Assembly: GCA_039030515.1 (NCBI GenBank)
Contig: JBCCEA010000058.1
Location: 1-15,599, forward strand
Direction of reading: 5' to 3'
Length of the DNA: 15,599 bases
Source of the DNA: Myxococcota bacterium
GTDB lineage: Bacteria; Myxococcota_A; Polyangia; Polyangiales; Houyiibacteriaceae
Positions 1 through 8,742 of the stretch are shown here, piece after piece (position 1 is the first letter of the stretch; each line of letters opens with the position of its first letter). Under the pieces are notes generated by a model. The model saw only the letters and a list, made by a program, of their open reading frames with translations. It made no database searches and was not told where the DNA came from. Position numbers and translations under genes: made by a program.

Positions 1-1039
1 GTGAGTTTTTTTTGGAGCGCAGGAGGTGATGGGCAAGCAGACAACCGATTTCGTTGCCGTTCAGAATGCGAAACCGGGTTTCGTCTTTACAGGCCACCGC
101 CAGTCGGTCTGCGTCTGGATCGTTTGCGAGCGCCAAATCAGCGCCACATACCTCCGCGAGTGCGAGCACTTTTCGTAGCGCGCTTGGTTCCTCGGGATTG
201 GGGAGCTCTAGTGTAGGAAAACTCCCATCCGGCTCGGCCTGATCCGGAACCGTCGTTACTTGTGTAAAGCCCGCCTTTTGCATTGCTTCGCGGGCCAAAC
301 GATCGCCTACGCCGTGCAGCGCGGTGTAGACGATGCGGATTGTTCGAGGTGCGTGCGGAGTAGCCCTCGCGATCCCTTCAAGGTATCTTCGCCTCATCTC
401 TGGACCGACGTGCCGAACACGGCCTTGCCGCAGTGCCTCTTTGTATACCGCTCGGTCGATCGTCGTATACGCTCCGATATTCTTTATCTCGGAAGCAATG
501 CCCGTGTCGTTCGGAGGGATGATCTGAGCTCCGTTTTCCCAAAATACCTTGCAACCGTTGTAGTTGGGAGGATTGTGGCTTGCCGTGATCATGATCCCAG
601 CAGAGGCATCGAGTTCGGTGACCGCGAACGCGAGCAGTGGGGTGGGCACCGTGCTTTCGAAGATGTGGGCGACGAAACCCTGGGCGGTGAAGATCTCTGC
701 GGCCGTCTGGGCAAATTGTAGACTCTTACGCCGAGCATCATAACCGATGCAGATGCCTCGCTCTGGGGCGGATTGCACCCGCGCTCGGAGCCATGCGCAG
801 ATACCGGCAGATGTGCGGGCGACGACCAGTTCGTTCATGCGGTTTGGGCCGGGGCCAAGTGGACCTCGAAGTCCGGCGGTCCCGAAGCTGAGTGAAGAAC
901 CAAACCAGGTCTCCAGCTTCTTGTTTCGCTCTGCATTCGGAGTATCGAGTGCGGCTCGCAGTTCTTCCTGGGTGTCGGAGTCGGGATCTTCCGACAGCCA
1001 GGCGTGCGCCCTATCGAGCAAAGTCGGTTTGGCTCGCAT
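1..1039 (-). CDS. Phospho-sugar mutase (phosphoglucomutase/phosphomannomutase family), 3' end runs off the window
   Basis: Not in the ORF track. Manual translation from ATG at 1039 gives MRAKPTLLDRAHAWLSEDPD...LSFGTAGLRG...IGYDARRKS...VPTPLLAF...GIMITASHNPPNYNGCKVFWENG (phosphoserine loop), then ANDPDADRLAVA (metal loop) and, in the same frame at the window edge, ILNGNEIGCLL. Confidence 0.95.
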   Translation of the reverse strand, partial: MRAKPTLLDRAHAWLSEDPDSDTQEELRAALDTPNAERNKKLETWFGSSLSFGTAGLRGPLGPGPNRMNELVVARTSAGICAWLRARVQSAPERGICIGYDARRKSLQFAQTAAEIFTAQGFVAHIFESTVPTPLLAFAVTELDASAGIMITASHNPPNYNGCKVFWENGAQIIPPNDTGIASEIKNIGAYTTIDRAVYKEALRQGRVRHVGPEMRRRYLEGIARATPHAPRTIRIVYTALHGVGDRLAREAMQKAGFTQVTTVPDQAEPDGSFPTLELPNPEEPSALRKVLALAEVCGADLALANDPDADRLAVACKDETRFRILNGNEIGCLLAHHLLRSKKNS

Positions 1040-1091
1040 CGCTGGATTGTATATTGAAATAGAATAGCTGCCCTGGTTAAGTGCCGGCCTT

Positions 1092-3086
1092 ATGGGATCG
1101 ACCCACCAGACCGCGCCCAACCCTCGCGATACGATGCCTCCGGGCGTTCCATTCATTATCGGCAACGAGGCCGCAGAGCGTTTTAGCTATTATGGCATGA
1201 AGGCCGTTTTGGTGGTGTTCATGACCCGCCATCTCCAGGACAGTTCAGGCGATTTGGACCTGATGTCTGACGCAAAGGCGACCGCCTGGTTTCATACGTT
1301 TGGAATGGCGGTGTACGGGTTTCCTATCGTAGGCGCAGTCCTCGCCGACGCATTTTGGGGTAAATACAAGACCATTCTCGCACTTTCTGCCGTGTATTGC
1401 GCCGGCCATCTGGCGCTCGCTCTCGACGAAACCCGACTGGGTCTTGGTGTGGGATTGACGCTGATCGCGATCGGTTCAGGAGGCATTAAGCCCTGTGTCT
1501 CCGCCCACGTTGGAGACCAGTTCGGCTTTGGCAACCGACATCTCCTTGAGCGAGTGTTCCAGTGGTTTTACCTCTCGATCAATTTGGGGTCTACGCTCTC
1601 CACCCTGCTGACTCCCTTTCTGCTCGAGCACTACGGTCCTCATCTCGCCTTCGGTTTGCCAGGCGCGCTGATGCTTTTCGCCACGATCATTTTCTGGCGA
1701 GGACGCACCGTCTTTGTCCACATACCACCCAGCCGCTCCGCTTTCGTCAGCGAAACCCTTTCTCGAGAAGGCCTTACAACACTCGGTAAGCTCGGCATCA
1801 TCTACGCATTCGTTGCCATGTTTTGGGCGCTCTTCGATCAAACCGCATCGACCTGGGTGCTTCAGGCAGAAAAGATGGATCGTCATCTCTTTGGAATCGA
1901 GTGGCTCAGCAGTCAGCTTCAAGTAGCCAATCCGATTTTAGTGATGCTCTTTATTCCGCTATTCTCTTATGTCGTATACCCGCTAATGAATCGTTGTTTT
2001 CGACTGACACCACTAAAAAAGATATCCATCGGTTTTTTTGTCACGGTCCCCGCTTTTCTTATTCCAGCCATGGTGGAGCAATGGATTCAGGCGGGTGAGT
2101 TTCCCAGTATCGCATGGCAGCTTCTCTCTTACGTGTTCATTACTGCAGCTGAGATTATGGTCTCGATTACCTGTCTCGAGTTTAGCTATACCCAGGCTCC
2201 GAGAAAGATGAAGTCGCTTGTTATGGCGGCCTATCTGATGAGTGTGATGCTGGGCAATGGATTTACTGCACTCGTTAACTTCGGAATACAGAATCCCGCT
2301 CCAGGATTTACCCCGGATCTGCCCGGAGAGTACACGGTTCAGCTTACCCTTCGAGATGGTCGTGGTGCCTCCAGCGTTGGTAGACAAACCATTTTTGTTC
2401 TGAACGACGCTCCTAACTCGACTAATCCGACGCTCCCAGTGCAGCAGCCGGCTATCGATGCTTCAGCTCCGCCGAGAGTCACCGCGGTCGCTCCAGGCAA
2501 GAAGGTGCGACTCTATGGAATCGTGAGTGAGAAAGGTTCAAAAAAGGCAGATGAGTTTCGTTGGTCTTTTGTCGCGTTGCCTTCGGAGAGTCGACTAAGC
2601 GATCAGGATCTTGAAGACCGAGAGCGGCGCAATACAGTATTTACACCTGATGTTGAAGGTACATACACGCTACAACTTCATTATCGGATAGGTGATCGAC
2701 TTGCGCGTACTGAGATTTTGCTGATAGCCACTCTTGAGAACCTCGCGCCTGTCGCCAAGATTGAAGCGCTCGATCCGGTACGTTTGGCGTCCGGAGATGT
2801 CGAACTTGATGGACGTGCATCGTATGACCCGGATGGCGATGAACTGAAGGCGGAGTGGTCTTTGGTACGTGCCCCAGAAGGCAGTACTCTGGGCAGCTCC
2901 GACCTCAAGGGCCGATCGCATTTGGGTCCGACCACCGTGCTCGATGGACCGAGCTACTACTACTTTTTTGCTGCGATGATGCTACTAACCGCGCTGCTCT
3001 TTATCCCGGTCGCTCTTTGGTACCGAGGAAAAATCTACATTCAAAGTGAAGATGGGACTGATGCACGAGTCGATGCCGATTCGTGA
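1092..3086 (+). CDS. POT/PTR-family proton-dependent oligopeptide transporter (MFS) with PKD/Ig-like insertion before the last TM helix
   Basis: ExxERFxYYG motif ([12 protein letters not shown]), [26 protein letters not shown] (PTR2 signature), FWALFDQ and EFSYTQAP; hydrophilic beta-rich insertion at ~2298-2930. Confidence 0.95.
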   Translation: MGSTHQTAPNPRDTMPPGVPFIIGNEAAERFSYYGMKAVLVVFMTRHLQDSSGDLDLMSDAKATAWFHTFGMAVYGFPIVGAVLADAFWGKYKTILALSAVYCAGHLALALDETRLGLGVGLTLIAIGSGGIKPCVSAHVGDQFGFGNRHLLERVFQWFYLSINLGSTLSTLLTPFLLEHYGPHLAFGLPGALMLFATIIFWRGRTVFVHIPPSRSAFVSETLSREGLTTLGKLGIIYAFVAMFWALFDQTASTWVLQAEKMDRHLFGIEWLSSQLQVANPILVMLFIPLFSYVVYPLMNRCFRLTPLKKISIGFFVTVPAFLIPAMVEQWIQAGEFPSIAWQLLSYVFITAAEIMVSITCLEFSYTQAPRKMKSLVMAAYLMSVMLGNGFTALVNFGIQNPAPGFTPDLPGEYTVQLTLRDGRGASSVGRQTIFVLNDAPNSTNPTLPVQQPAIDASAPPRVTAVAPGKKVRLYGIVSEKGSKKADEFRWSFVALPSESRLSDQDLEDRERRNTVFTPDVEGTYTLQLHYRIGDRLARTEILLIATLENLAPVAKIEALDPVRLASGDVELDGRASYDPDGDELKAEWSLVRAPEGSTLGSSDLKGRSHLGPTTVLDGPSYYYFFAAMMLLTALLFIPVALWYRGKIYIQSEDGTDARVDADS

Positions 3087-4623
3087 TCCAACGGGTATTG
3101 GTCTTGTGAACTTGTTGCGAGACGGGTTTCATCGAGAGAATACCCGTGCCTACCGCCTGACCAACGCGGTCGTATGGGCTCTTATCCTCGCATCGGTTGC
3201 TCTCTTAATCGTTGAGCCGCTTTTGCCAGGGAACCCTCGACTTACGGCCGCGGTGCAGCGGTTCGACAAGCTGCTCCTTGGTCTTCTCGTACTGGAACTG
3301 ATTCTTCGAGTGTCTACGTACAGTCCCCCAGAACTGAGAATGTTCCGGCAGCCCCCACTCGGCACCCTCCGCACCCATCTATTGGGACGCCTACGTTACT
3401 GTTTGCAGCCTCTAAACCTTATCGACTTGGTGACAGTGCTTGCCTTGGTCCCGGCGCTACGTGGATTGCGAGCGCTGCGTCTTTTGCGGCTAGCGCGCAG
3501 TGCAAAGCTCTTTCGTTACAGCAATCCTCTTGAAGGACTTGCCCATGCTTTTGCCGACAATCGCATGCTTTTTTCGGTGGTGATGTCGCTTTTTGTGGTC
3601 GAGACAATTCTCGGTGGAGTCAGTTTTTATCTGGTTGAGCGCGGTCATGCAGGGACGCAGGTACAGACCCTAGGAGACGGCATTTGGTGGGCCTTGGTGA
3701 CGCTCACCACCGTGGGCTTTGGTGATATTGCACCGGTGACCGCTGTCGGTAGGGTCGTTGGCTCCTTCCTCATGGTATGCGGTATGGTCACGCTCGCAGG
3801 CTTTGCAGGCGTCGTAGGACACAGTCTCGTTCATACCGTGTTGTCCGTGCGGCAGGAGCAGTTTCGAATGAGCAGTTACGTCAATCATATCGTCGTCTGC
3901 GGCTATCACGAGACGATGGATTTGCTGCTTGCGAGTCTTCGCGACGAGCTGGATCTCTCCGAACATCATGTGGTTCTTTTCAGTCACACCGAACGTCCAC
4001 GTGGACTGAGCCCAGATTTCTTCTGGGTTCAGGGAGATCCAACCAAGGAAAGCGAACTCGATAAGGTGCGCCTCACGCATGCCCGAGCGGTGATCATCGC
4101 AGGCGATCGCTCGATGACCCCTCAGCACGCGGATGCGACTACCTTACTGACCACCTTTACGATTCGATCGTTCCTAGAGTCGCGTCCCGAGGTGAACCTG
4201 CGGCACAGGTCTCTCTACATTGTGGCGGAGATCCTGGATTCTGAAAATGTCGCTCATGCCAAGAGTGCTGGAGCGGACGAGGTTATCGAAACCCGCCGCA
4301 TTGGATTTTCTTTGCTGTCTCACGCGATTACTCAGCCAGGTTCAGCCGACGTGTTGGGAAGGGTCGTGCTGGCTGGTGAACTCAACACCTACGTGGGTCG
4401 CGTTCCCTCGGAGTGTCCGCTGCCGAGCACGTTCCAGGAGGTTGCCGCCTGGGTGCGTAGGTCTCACGGGGCCATGGTCATCGGATTTCGCTACTCAGGG
4501 CAGGATCGCGCCTCGCTCAATCCCAGGGACGAGGTCCGCATCGAGCCGGGAGCAGAGCTGATTTACCTGGCAGAACGGCCTTCTCTGAGTCCGAAACACC
4601 GCCATCGCGCTCGGTCTAGCTGA
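3073..4623 (+). CDS. Voltage-sensor-containing (6-TM) potassium channel with C-terminal RCK/TrkA-N domain
   Basis: S4-like [17 protein letters not shown]; pore helix and filter [17 protein letters not shown] elements [23 protein letters not shown]. Start uncertain (ATG 3073, 3061 or 3052); all overlap the POT stop at 3084-3086. Confidence 0.92.
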   Translation: MPIRDPTGIGLVNLLRDGFHRENTRAYRLTNAVVWALILASVALLIVEPLLPGNPRLTAAVQRFDKLLLGLLVLELILRVSTYSPPELRMFRQPPLGTLRTHLLGRLRYCLQPLNLIDLVTVLALVPALRGLRALRLLRLARSAKLFRYSNPLEGLAHAFADNRMLFSVVMSLFVVETILGGVSFYLVERGHAGTQVQTLGDGIWWALVTLTTVGFGDIAPVTAVGRVVGSFLMVCGMVTLAGFAGVVGHSLVHTVLSVRQEQFRMSSYVNHIVVCGYHETMDLLLASLRDELDLSEHHVVLFSHTERPRGLSPDFFWVQGDPTKESELDKVRLTHARAVIIAGDRSMTPQHADATTLLTTFTIRSFLESRPEVNLRHRSLYIVAEILDSENVAHAKSAGADEVIETRRIGFSLLSHAITQPGSADVLGRVVLAGELNTYVGRVPSECPLPSTFQEVAAWVRRSHGAMVIGFRYSGQDRASLNPRDEVRIEPGAELIYLAERPSLSPKHRHRARSS

Positions 4624-4720
4624 GAACCTTGTCCATCGGAGGGTAGTCGCCGAACTGTGCACTTGGGTGTCGAGGTCGCAATTTGCCCTTGCGCCAGGGG
4701 GTTTCTTCGTTGTACTAGAA

Positions 4721-4739
4721 GATAATGAAAGTCGATATC
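4721..4739. promoter_or_regulatory. Candidate Fur-family operator (Fur box)
   Basis: GATAATGAAAGTCGATATC matches the classical 19-bp Fur consensus GATAATGATAATCATTATC at 15/19 positions, in an AT-rich intergenic patch of a GC-rich sequence. Confidence 0.6.
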
Positions 4740-4743
4740 AATA

Positions 4744-4769
4744 AGGAGGATCGAAAAATCGAGCCTCCT
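4744..4769. other. Stem-loop pairing a Shine-Dalgarno-like sequence with its complement
   Basis: AGGAGG-a-TCGA-AAAA-TCGA-g-CCTCCT: 10 paired bases, one mismatch, 4-nt loop, no U-tract. Confidence 0.45.
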
Positions 4770-4901
4770 GCCGAAAGAACCATCGATTTGATGCCGATGC
4801 GGGGCGTACGCCTTGTCCTCTCTATTGTTTTGGGCCGGTTCGGGTATGGGCGCTCGTCTTGTGCCGACGGCGGTACGGCCAGGCCCCTGATTCACTCAGC
4901 G

Positions 4902-5225
4902 ATGCTGACGTACCGCTTGGTGATTCAAGCGCGTTCGGACCCAAGGTTGGAAAAGCGTCTACATCAGCACGTTGAAACGGCTTTGGGTGCATTCCTAAAC
5001 GAATTGTCGGGAGCGAGCGCCGAGGAACTCAGCCTGCGCTGGAGCGAACATCGCGAACTGATGAGCCTCAAAGAACTCGGCGCTTATCTTTGGACTGCGA
5101 TGCGTGCACCCGATCCTTGGTTTCGTCCTCTTGAACGACGTTTTCTTTACGAGCTCGGGGCGCTGCCTGGGCTTATCGTCTTTGAACCTACTCGGGAGAA
5201 AACCCGAACGTTTGCTGCCGCCTGA
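4902..5225 (+). CDS. Small hypothetical protein (~107 aa, predicted helical)
   Basis: Open frame MLTYRLVIQARSDPRLEKRL...WTAMRAPDPWFRPLERRF...; fills the gap between genes. The ORF-track start (4725) falls inside the Fur box, so ATG 4902 is preferred. No recognisable motif. Confidence 0.55.
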   Translation: MLTYRLVIQARSDPRLEKRLHQHVETALGAFLNELSGASAEELSLRWSEHRELMSLKELGAYLWTAMRAPDPWFRPLERRFLYELGALPGLIVFEPTREKTRTFAAA

Positions 5226-5260
5226 CGCTCGGGCAATAGCTAGTGTAGAAACGTCAGGAG

Positions 5261-6874
5261 CTACCGCAGAAACGGATAGCTCCAGTGGGTGGGAGGTACG
5301 AAGTTCTCTTTAATGGTTCGCGGACTCACCCAGCGGGTCATGTTCCAAATGCTTCCCGCCTTGTCGTTGGTGCCGCTTGCTCTTCCTCCGCCGAAGGGCT
5401 GCTGGCCGACTACGGCGCCAGTAGGTTTGTCGTTGATGTAGAAGTTGCCGGCAGCGTTGCGAAGTGTGGATGCTGCGAGTTCGATCGCCTGACGGTCGCG
5501 AGCACAGATCGCTCCGGTGAGACCGTAAGGAGAGGTCGTATCCACAAGCTGGAGTACCTCTTCAAACGCGGAGTCCTCATAGACGTATGCTGTGACTATT
5601 GGACCAAAGATCTCCTCGCGCATCAGCTGATGCTTGGGATCCTTTACTTCAACTAGGGTCGGCTCGATGAACCATCCTTTGCTTCGATCTCCATTGCCGC
5701 CTGCGAGAATTTGAGCGGACTCCCGTGCGACGTTCAGGTAGCCCTGGATTCTCGAAAAAGCGCGTTCATCGATCACGGCGCCCATGAAGTTGGAGAAGTC
5801 ACGCACATCCCCCATTTTGATCGCCTTGATTTCGTCGACCAGCTGGCTTTGCAGCCTGGGCCAGAGAGACTTTGGAAGATACAAGCGCGATGCAGCAGAG
5901 CATTTCTGACCCTGGTATTCGAAACTTCCTCGGAGAATCGAGGTGCATAGGGCGTCCAGCTCGGCGCTCGGGTGGGCGACGATGAAGTCTTTTCCCCCAG
6001 TTTCGCCGACCAGTCTTGGGTAGGTGCGGTAGCTGCCGATCCGCTTTGCCGTTTCTTGGTAGAGGTGCTGGAAGGTCGCGGTCGAACCGGTGAAGTGAAT
6101 GCCGGCAAGGTGCGGGCTTTCGAGGGCGACGCGGCCTTGCTCAGGTCCCGCCCCTGGGATCACAGAGATCACCCCTTCGGGCAAGCCGGCTTTCGTGAGG
6201 ATCTCCATCACGACCTGCACGCCCAGCCCGGTCACGGTTGCCGGTTTCCAGAGGACGACGTTGCCCAGAATCGCCGGCGCCGTGGGAAGGTTTGCCGCAA
6301 TCGCAAGGAAGTTAAACGGGGTGATCGCGAGTACAAATCCCTCCAAGGGGCGATAGTCGACTCGATTCCAAAGGCCCGGCTCTGAAACGGGCTGGACTGC
6401 CTGAAGCTGCTCGGCGTATGAAACGTTAAACCTGAGGAAATCGATGAGCTCACAGGCAGCGTCGATCTCTGCCTGGTGGCAGGTCTTGCTCTGACCGAGC
6501 ATACATGCCGCGTTGATCTTGGCCCGGTAGGGTCCCGCTATCAGATCCGCTGCACGGAGAAAAATAGCAGCTCGGGTCTCAAAACTGGTGTTGGCCCACT
6601 CGGGTGCGATGCGAAGTGCCCCGTCGATGGCTTTTTGGACGTCGTCGGCTCCCGCTTGATGCAGTTTCGCTAGAACATGCCCGTGGTCGTGGGGCATCCG
6701 AACCTCGGCCAGGTTCCCGGTCCGAATCGCCCCGCCAGCGATCAATACGGGCAGCTCGGCAACATGTGCCGCCGTATCGCTCAACGCTTGATTGAGTTCC
6801 TCTCGAGCGGAGGATCCTGGGAGGTATGCGCAAACCGGTTCGTTACTGGGAGAGGGAATAGGTGCGGTTGCCAT
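5261..6874 (-). CDS. pruA: L-glutamate gamma-semialdehyde (delta-1-pyrroline-5-carboxylate) dehydrogenase, stand-alone
   Basis: Starts MATAPIPSPSNEPV with AAGGA RBS 5 nt upstream; GQSKTCHQAEIDAACELIDF, ITPFNF, FTGST, GETGGKDF (catalytic Glu), YQGQKCSAAS (catalytic Cys), EEIFGP, NDKPTGAVVGQQPFGGGRASGTNDKAG. Confidence 0.96.
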   Translation of the reverse strand: MATAPIPSPSNEPVCAYLPGSSAREELNQALSDTAAHVAELPVLIAGGAIRTGNLAEVRMPHDHGHVLAKLHQAGADDVQKAIDGALRIAPEWANTSFETRAAIFLRAADLIAGPYRAKINAACMLGQSKTCHQAEIDAACELIDFLRFNVSYAEQLQAVQPVSEPGLWNRVDYRPLEGFVLAITPFNFLAIAANLPTAPAILGNVVLWKPATVTGLGVQVVMEILTKAGLPEGVISVIPGAGPEQGRVALESPHLAGIHFTGSTATFQHLYQETAKRIGSYRTYPRLVGETGGKDFIVAHPSAELDALCTSILRGSFEYQGQKCSAASRLYLPKSLWPRLQSQLVDEIKAIKMGDVRDFSNFMGAVIDERAFSRIQGYLNVARESAQILAGGNGDRSKGWFIEPTLVEVKDPKHQLMREEIFGPIVTAYVYEDSAFEEVLQLVDTTSPYGLTGAICARDRQAIELAASTLRNAAGNFYINDKPTGAVVGQQPFGGGRASGTNDKAGSIWNMTRWVSPRTIKENFVPPTHWSYPFLR

Positions 6875-7073
6875 GGCTGTCCTTATTGGATGAAGAGCTG
6901 CGCTGCTGCGTGCTGCTGAGCCACATAGCATACCGATTCTGGGATGTGTCGCTGCCTCCCTAGCTTTTGTGACCGGCTCAATTCTTCGGTAGCAGACCGT
7001 GAGCAAATCACTTCCGCATGACATCTTTTTTGCCGGTATCCGCTGTGAGGGGACGTCTGCTACGTTGGCTTCG

Positions 7074-8657
7074 ATGCATTTCAAGAGGGCATGTGCGCTG
7101 TGGTTGACCTTGGTCGCGTCTTGCGCTGGCCGGATTGCATCGCCTGAAACCCTACGTTCGACCGAGACCTCCTTCGCGCAGTGGAGCGGAAGCCTCAGTT
7201 TTGAAGCAAGGCTTCCGACCTCCTCCGGCTTGTCCCAGCAGGGAGAACTTCGCCCCGTGCGTCTGGCGCGACTGCAGGTGTTGTCACCGCAAGGTGAGGT
7301 AGTCACGGAGTCGACGACTGATAAACACGGGACGTTCCAGATTCGTGCGCCCGTCGACGCGTCGACACTCCGGATTTTGGCCATGGTGGTTCACGATCGC
7401 TACGACCTGCGAGTGACTACCGATCGAACTGGCGAGGAGGTCCATACGATCGATGTACCGCTCGGTTCACCGGAGAAGATGATTGCGATCGAGATTCGGG
7501 ACCCGATGCCCATGGCTGGGGCGCTGCATATTCTCGATACGTTGTTGAGAGGTAGCGAACAGGTTCGGTCTTGGTCCGGTGAAGTTTTGGCTCCCCTCTT
7601 CGTATACTGGCAGCGGGGGGAGACCACGACCTGGAGTTACTATCACGGAGAGTGTCCTCCGGAGTCCGGACGGTACTGCATTGAACTGCTCGGTGGGTCA
7701 GACGGTGAGCTCGAACGCTCCGATACCGATGAACATGATGAATTCATCATATTGCATGAACTAGGTCATTTTGTTTTTGATCTGCTTTCTACGAGCTCCT
7801 CTCACGGAGGTACTCATCCCGCCGGACATCTGCTCGATCCCGGTTTGTGTTGGGAAGAGGGTCGCGCCACTTGGTTTGCGACGGCAGTGCTTGGAAGCTC
7901 GAGATACCGAGATACCGTCGGAGTCGAGGGGCATGGCCGACTGAGAGTCGATCACAACATCGAAGATGCTTCTAAAGTAGGCTCCGCACTGGGCTCTGAA
8001 CCGGTCGTATCTGAGGTGCTCTGGGATCTCTCCGATGGGGGCGTGCATTTACCGGACGAAGATGGCGATCCTTTGGCGGTCGGTCCGCAAAGATTGTTTC
8101 AGGCGATGATGCTGCAGCGGCGAGTCGAAGGGGCATACCCCACGATTCACAGCTTTCTCCGGTTCCTCATCGATCGCGAATTTGTCTCGGAAGATGAACT
8201 TCAACGCATGATCTCGGTGGGAGCTCATCCGCCGGACCTCTTGTCCTCCTCGCACGAAAATCTCTGGCCCCGTTCGCTATCGGTTCCCGGCCGAGTGAGT
8301 GGCAAGATCGATGGAGTCAGCGATCCTGCTCCAAGCGGCGGGCCGAATCGACCACAGAACGGGCTCGATGCGATGATGGTCTACCGTTTCCAGTGGAACG
8401 CTACCGGACGCATTCTCTTGAGGCTCCGCACATTTGGTTCCGGTAGCGCGGCCGATCGACAGGATCTCGACCTGGAGTTACGCGATATTCGCTCGGACTT
8501 GTTGGCAGCCTCTCGTTCTCAGGCTCCGGTGGAAGCGGTAAGCGCGGTGTTGGAACCCGGTTGGTATCTTGTCTATGTGCGGGACGGAGGATCGGGCAAC
8601 CGGGCGGGTTTTGAGTTGGAACTGCGTCGCAGTCGGCTCACTGCACACGCCCCGTAG
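7074..8657 (+). CDS. Putative lipoprotein zinc metallopeptidase (HExxH, gluzincin-like) with N-terminal beta-sandwich and C-terminal PPC-like domain
   Basis: MHFKRACALWLTLVASC = signal peptide with lipobox; TTDKHGTFQI carboxypeptidase-regulatory-like motif; DEFIILHELGHF (~7755-7769) followed by WEEG third-ligand motif; DLDLELRD...LEPGWYLVYV PPC-like tail. Confidence 0.8.
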   Translation: MHFKRACALWLTLVASCAGRIASPETLRSTETSFAQWSGSLSFEARLPTSSGLSQQGELRPVRLARLQVLSPQGEVVTESTTDKHGTFQIRAPVDASTLRILAMVVHDRYDLRVTTDRTGEEVHTIDVPLGSPEKMIAIEIRDPMPMAGALHILDTLLRGSEQVRSWSGEVLAPLFVYWQRGETTTWSYYHGECPPESGRYCIELLGGSDGELERSDTDEHDEFIILHELGHFVFDLLSTSSSHGGTHPAGHLLDPGLCWEEGRATWFATAVLGSSRYRDTVGVEGHGRLRVDHNIEDASKVGSALGSEPVVSEVLWDLSDGGVHLPDEDGDPLAVGPQRLFQAMMLQRRVEGAYPTIHSFLRFLIDREFVSEDELQRMISVGAHPPDLLSSSHENLWPRSLSVPGRVSGKIDGVSDPAPSGGPNRPQNGLDAMMVYRFQWNATGRILLRLRTFGSGSAADRQDLDLELRDIRSDLLAASRSQAPVEAVSAVLEPGWYLVYVRDGGSGNRAGFELELRRSRLTAHAP

Positions 8658-8742
8658 ATCAGAAGGGAGTGGTTCAAATACGGAACTTCAGGCAATGCGT
8701 CAGCTTCACTCCAGTGTGAGGGAGGAGCGAACCAGCAGGTCG

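Noticed and set aside
6875..7384. 170-aa N-terminal extension of PruA from the ORF track (possible PutA-like fusion)
   Set aside because: It is antisense to the peptidase gene and has no PRODH motifs; the RBS and family N-terminus point to ATG 6874.
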